Source: Dimorphilus gyrociliatus (taxonomy: Eukaryota; Animalia; Annelida). Taken from it: a stretch of DNA of 64,000 nucleotides. Each line of letters opens with the position of its first letter. Position 1 is the first letter of the stretch. Positions 62,492-64,000 of the stretch are shown piece by piece. The stretch is from contig CAJFCJ010000005.1 of NCBI GenBank assembly GCA_904063045.1, forward strand, positions 1,937,988 through 2,001,987. Reading direction: 5' to 3'. Under the pieces are notes generated by a model. It had not been told where the DNA came from, searched no databases, and saw nothing but the letters and a program-made list of their open reading frames with translations. A program made the translations under genes and the position numbers.

Positions 62492-64000
62492 TCAAGCTGA
62501 AACATTCCATTGGAGAATTGAGGTATCTTTACCACCAGTTGAGAGCAGTTTAGAATCATCATGAACAAATTGTACATTTGTTACATGAGAACTATGACCG
62601 GAGAATGTGTGACAATTAGCCTATTTGAATGGATAATAGAAAGATTTGTTAAATGCTATTTCATATCTATAAGATTGAAAAAGAAAGATACTAACTCTTG
62701 GCTGATAGCAGGGATATCTAAAAAGATTAACTTTTCCAAAATCATCGGCACTAGCTAATAAGTTATGAGCTCTTGGAGCTCTGCAACATGCATTGATGTC
62801 AGTACCATCTGCTCCTTCGGGCCATATTCCTAAATAATTTGTTAATTACAATGTTGAATTATAACTGATTTAATAGAATACAAAAAAAATGATAATTACC
62901 GCAAACATTGAAGGCTAATGTGCAATTATTCGTTGCCCATTCGACGTCACGTAATTGGGATACACTTGAAATTTGCTTGCAATTTGCGCCGTTCCCTAAT
63001 GAAAATATTACAATTTATTTTTAGGTGTTTAAAAAAAGAAAATGCCAACTAAATATTTCTACTAACAGTATAATATTTCATAGTCTCCTGAGTTGGATTG
63101 CAAATACTGACTATCAACTGACCAATCAATATGTGTCACGAAACTGGAATGACCCTAAGAAAATTGTCACGATAGTAATCAAGACAATTAATAATAATCA
63201 ATGTAGTACCGAATGTACTTACAATACAACGACCAACTCTTGAATATTTGCGACCTTCTTCTGTGATATTATAAACATAAATGATGTTATCTCTACTTCC
63301 AACTCCTAAGTAGGCGCCATCTGGTGAAAAGGATAAGCACTCAATCTGCTCATTTCCGTCAGTATGAGATGAAATAATCTGTTGTGACGCAATTTCAAAT
63401 ACTATCCAACGACCAGAATTTAGTCCAATAACAAAGAAATTTCCATTTGGGTGGAAAATTGCGGAGTGGGCACCTTCTGGAACGCATTTTTGCCAAACAA
63501 TTGAATGTTTATGAGCATCCCATAGGAAAACATTCTAAAAATGGAAAATTAAATTATACCATTATGGAGAAAGAAATTGTCAGTTGTATTTAAGATGTAT
63601 AAATAAATTACTTTGTCCTCTCCTGCCGTTAAAAACTGATGCTGAGTTGGATGAACAGCCAAACCCCATAATTCTTCAACGTGACCATAAACAACGGGAC
63701 TCCATTGTAAATCGAAGGAACCCATAAGAATATTATTCTTAGTTGTTCCCACAATAATTTGCGATCCTTTTTCACAACTCAACATTCTAATAGATCCATA
63801 AACTTCGTCTAACTTTGAAGAAGCAGTTTTCTTATAATTAGCATCCCATTTTATAATATTTCTATCCTTTCCACCAGACAAAAAGTTTCCATCAGGAAGA
63901 GAACAAATTGTAAACACGGTTCCATCATGAGCATTTAGTATGACATGTGAAATTTTATTCGTGCCTGAAAAAATTCGATAGAACTTTTATATTAAAAGGT
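62492..64000 (-). CDS. EML: Echinoderm microtubule-associated protein-like (EML/EMAP) WD40 protein, 3' part; gene begins beyond the window end
   Basis: In-phase exons encode GHVEELWGLAVHP, FSPDGAYLGVGSRDN.IYVY, GHSSFVTHIDWS...SNSGDYEILYW, GIWPEGADGTDINA, ADDFGKVNLFRYPC and GHSSHVTNVQF...STGGKDTSILQW. Stop at 62492-62494. Confidence 0.94.

Overview
Eukaryotic (animal) genomic DNA: AT-rich, gene-dense, with short GT-AG introns of mostly 55-100 nt and many (TA)n/(GA)n microsatellites. A DLamide neuropeptide precursor and a triple GATA456 cluster point to a lophotrochozoan, most likely an annelid with a compact genome (inference). By splicing exons by hand I reconstruct 18 protein-coding genes: Pumilio (3' part), a divergent 7TM receptor, CHRAC1, EF1-delta, an E74/ELF ETS factor, two head-to-head Cys-loop channel subunits, a secreted His-brace/CHRD-repeat protein, an LRRC74-like LRR protein, three tandem GATA4/5/6 genes, two tandem DEG/ENaC genes, a single-lobe calmodulin-like protein, a giant small-HSP-domain protein, a DLamide precursor, a compact SETD1-like methyltransferase and EML (3' part). 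Several exons, such as the ETS domain, are absent from the ORF track. The most striking candidate is the 706-aa secreted protein at 14553-17237 (-). It joins an N-terminal LPMO-like copper 'histidine brace' domain to about four CHRD-like repeats, an architecture I do not recognise. Other notable items are an alternative E74 first exon with a PLDLS CtBP motif, DEG/ENaC paralogs with both the HG and GAS motifs altered, a Cys-loop subunit with a bulky non-canonical pore, and a recurrent AGATGGCG (CTCF/YY1-like) motif. No rRNA, tRNA or CRISPR features are supported. All protein family calls are from recalled motifs, not database searches.
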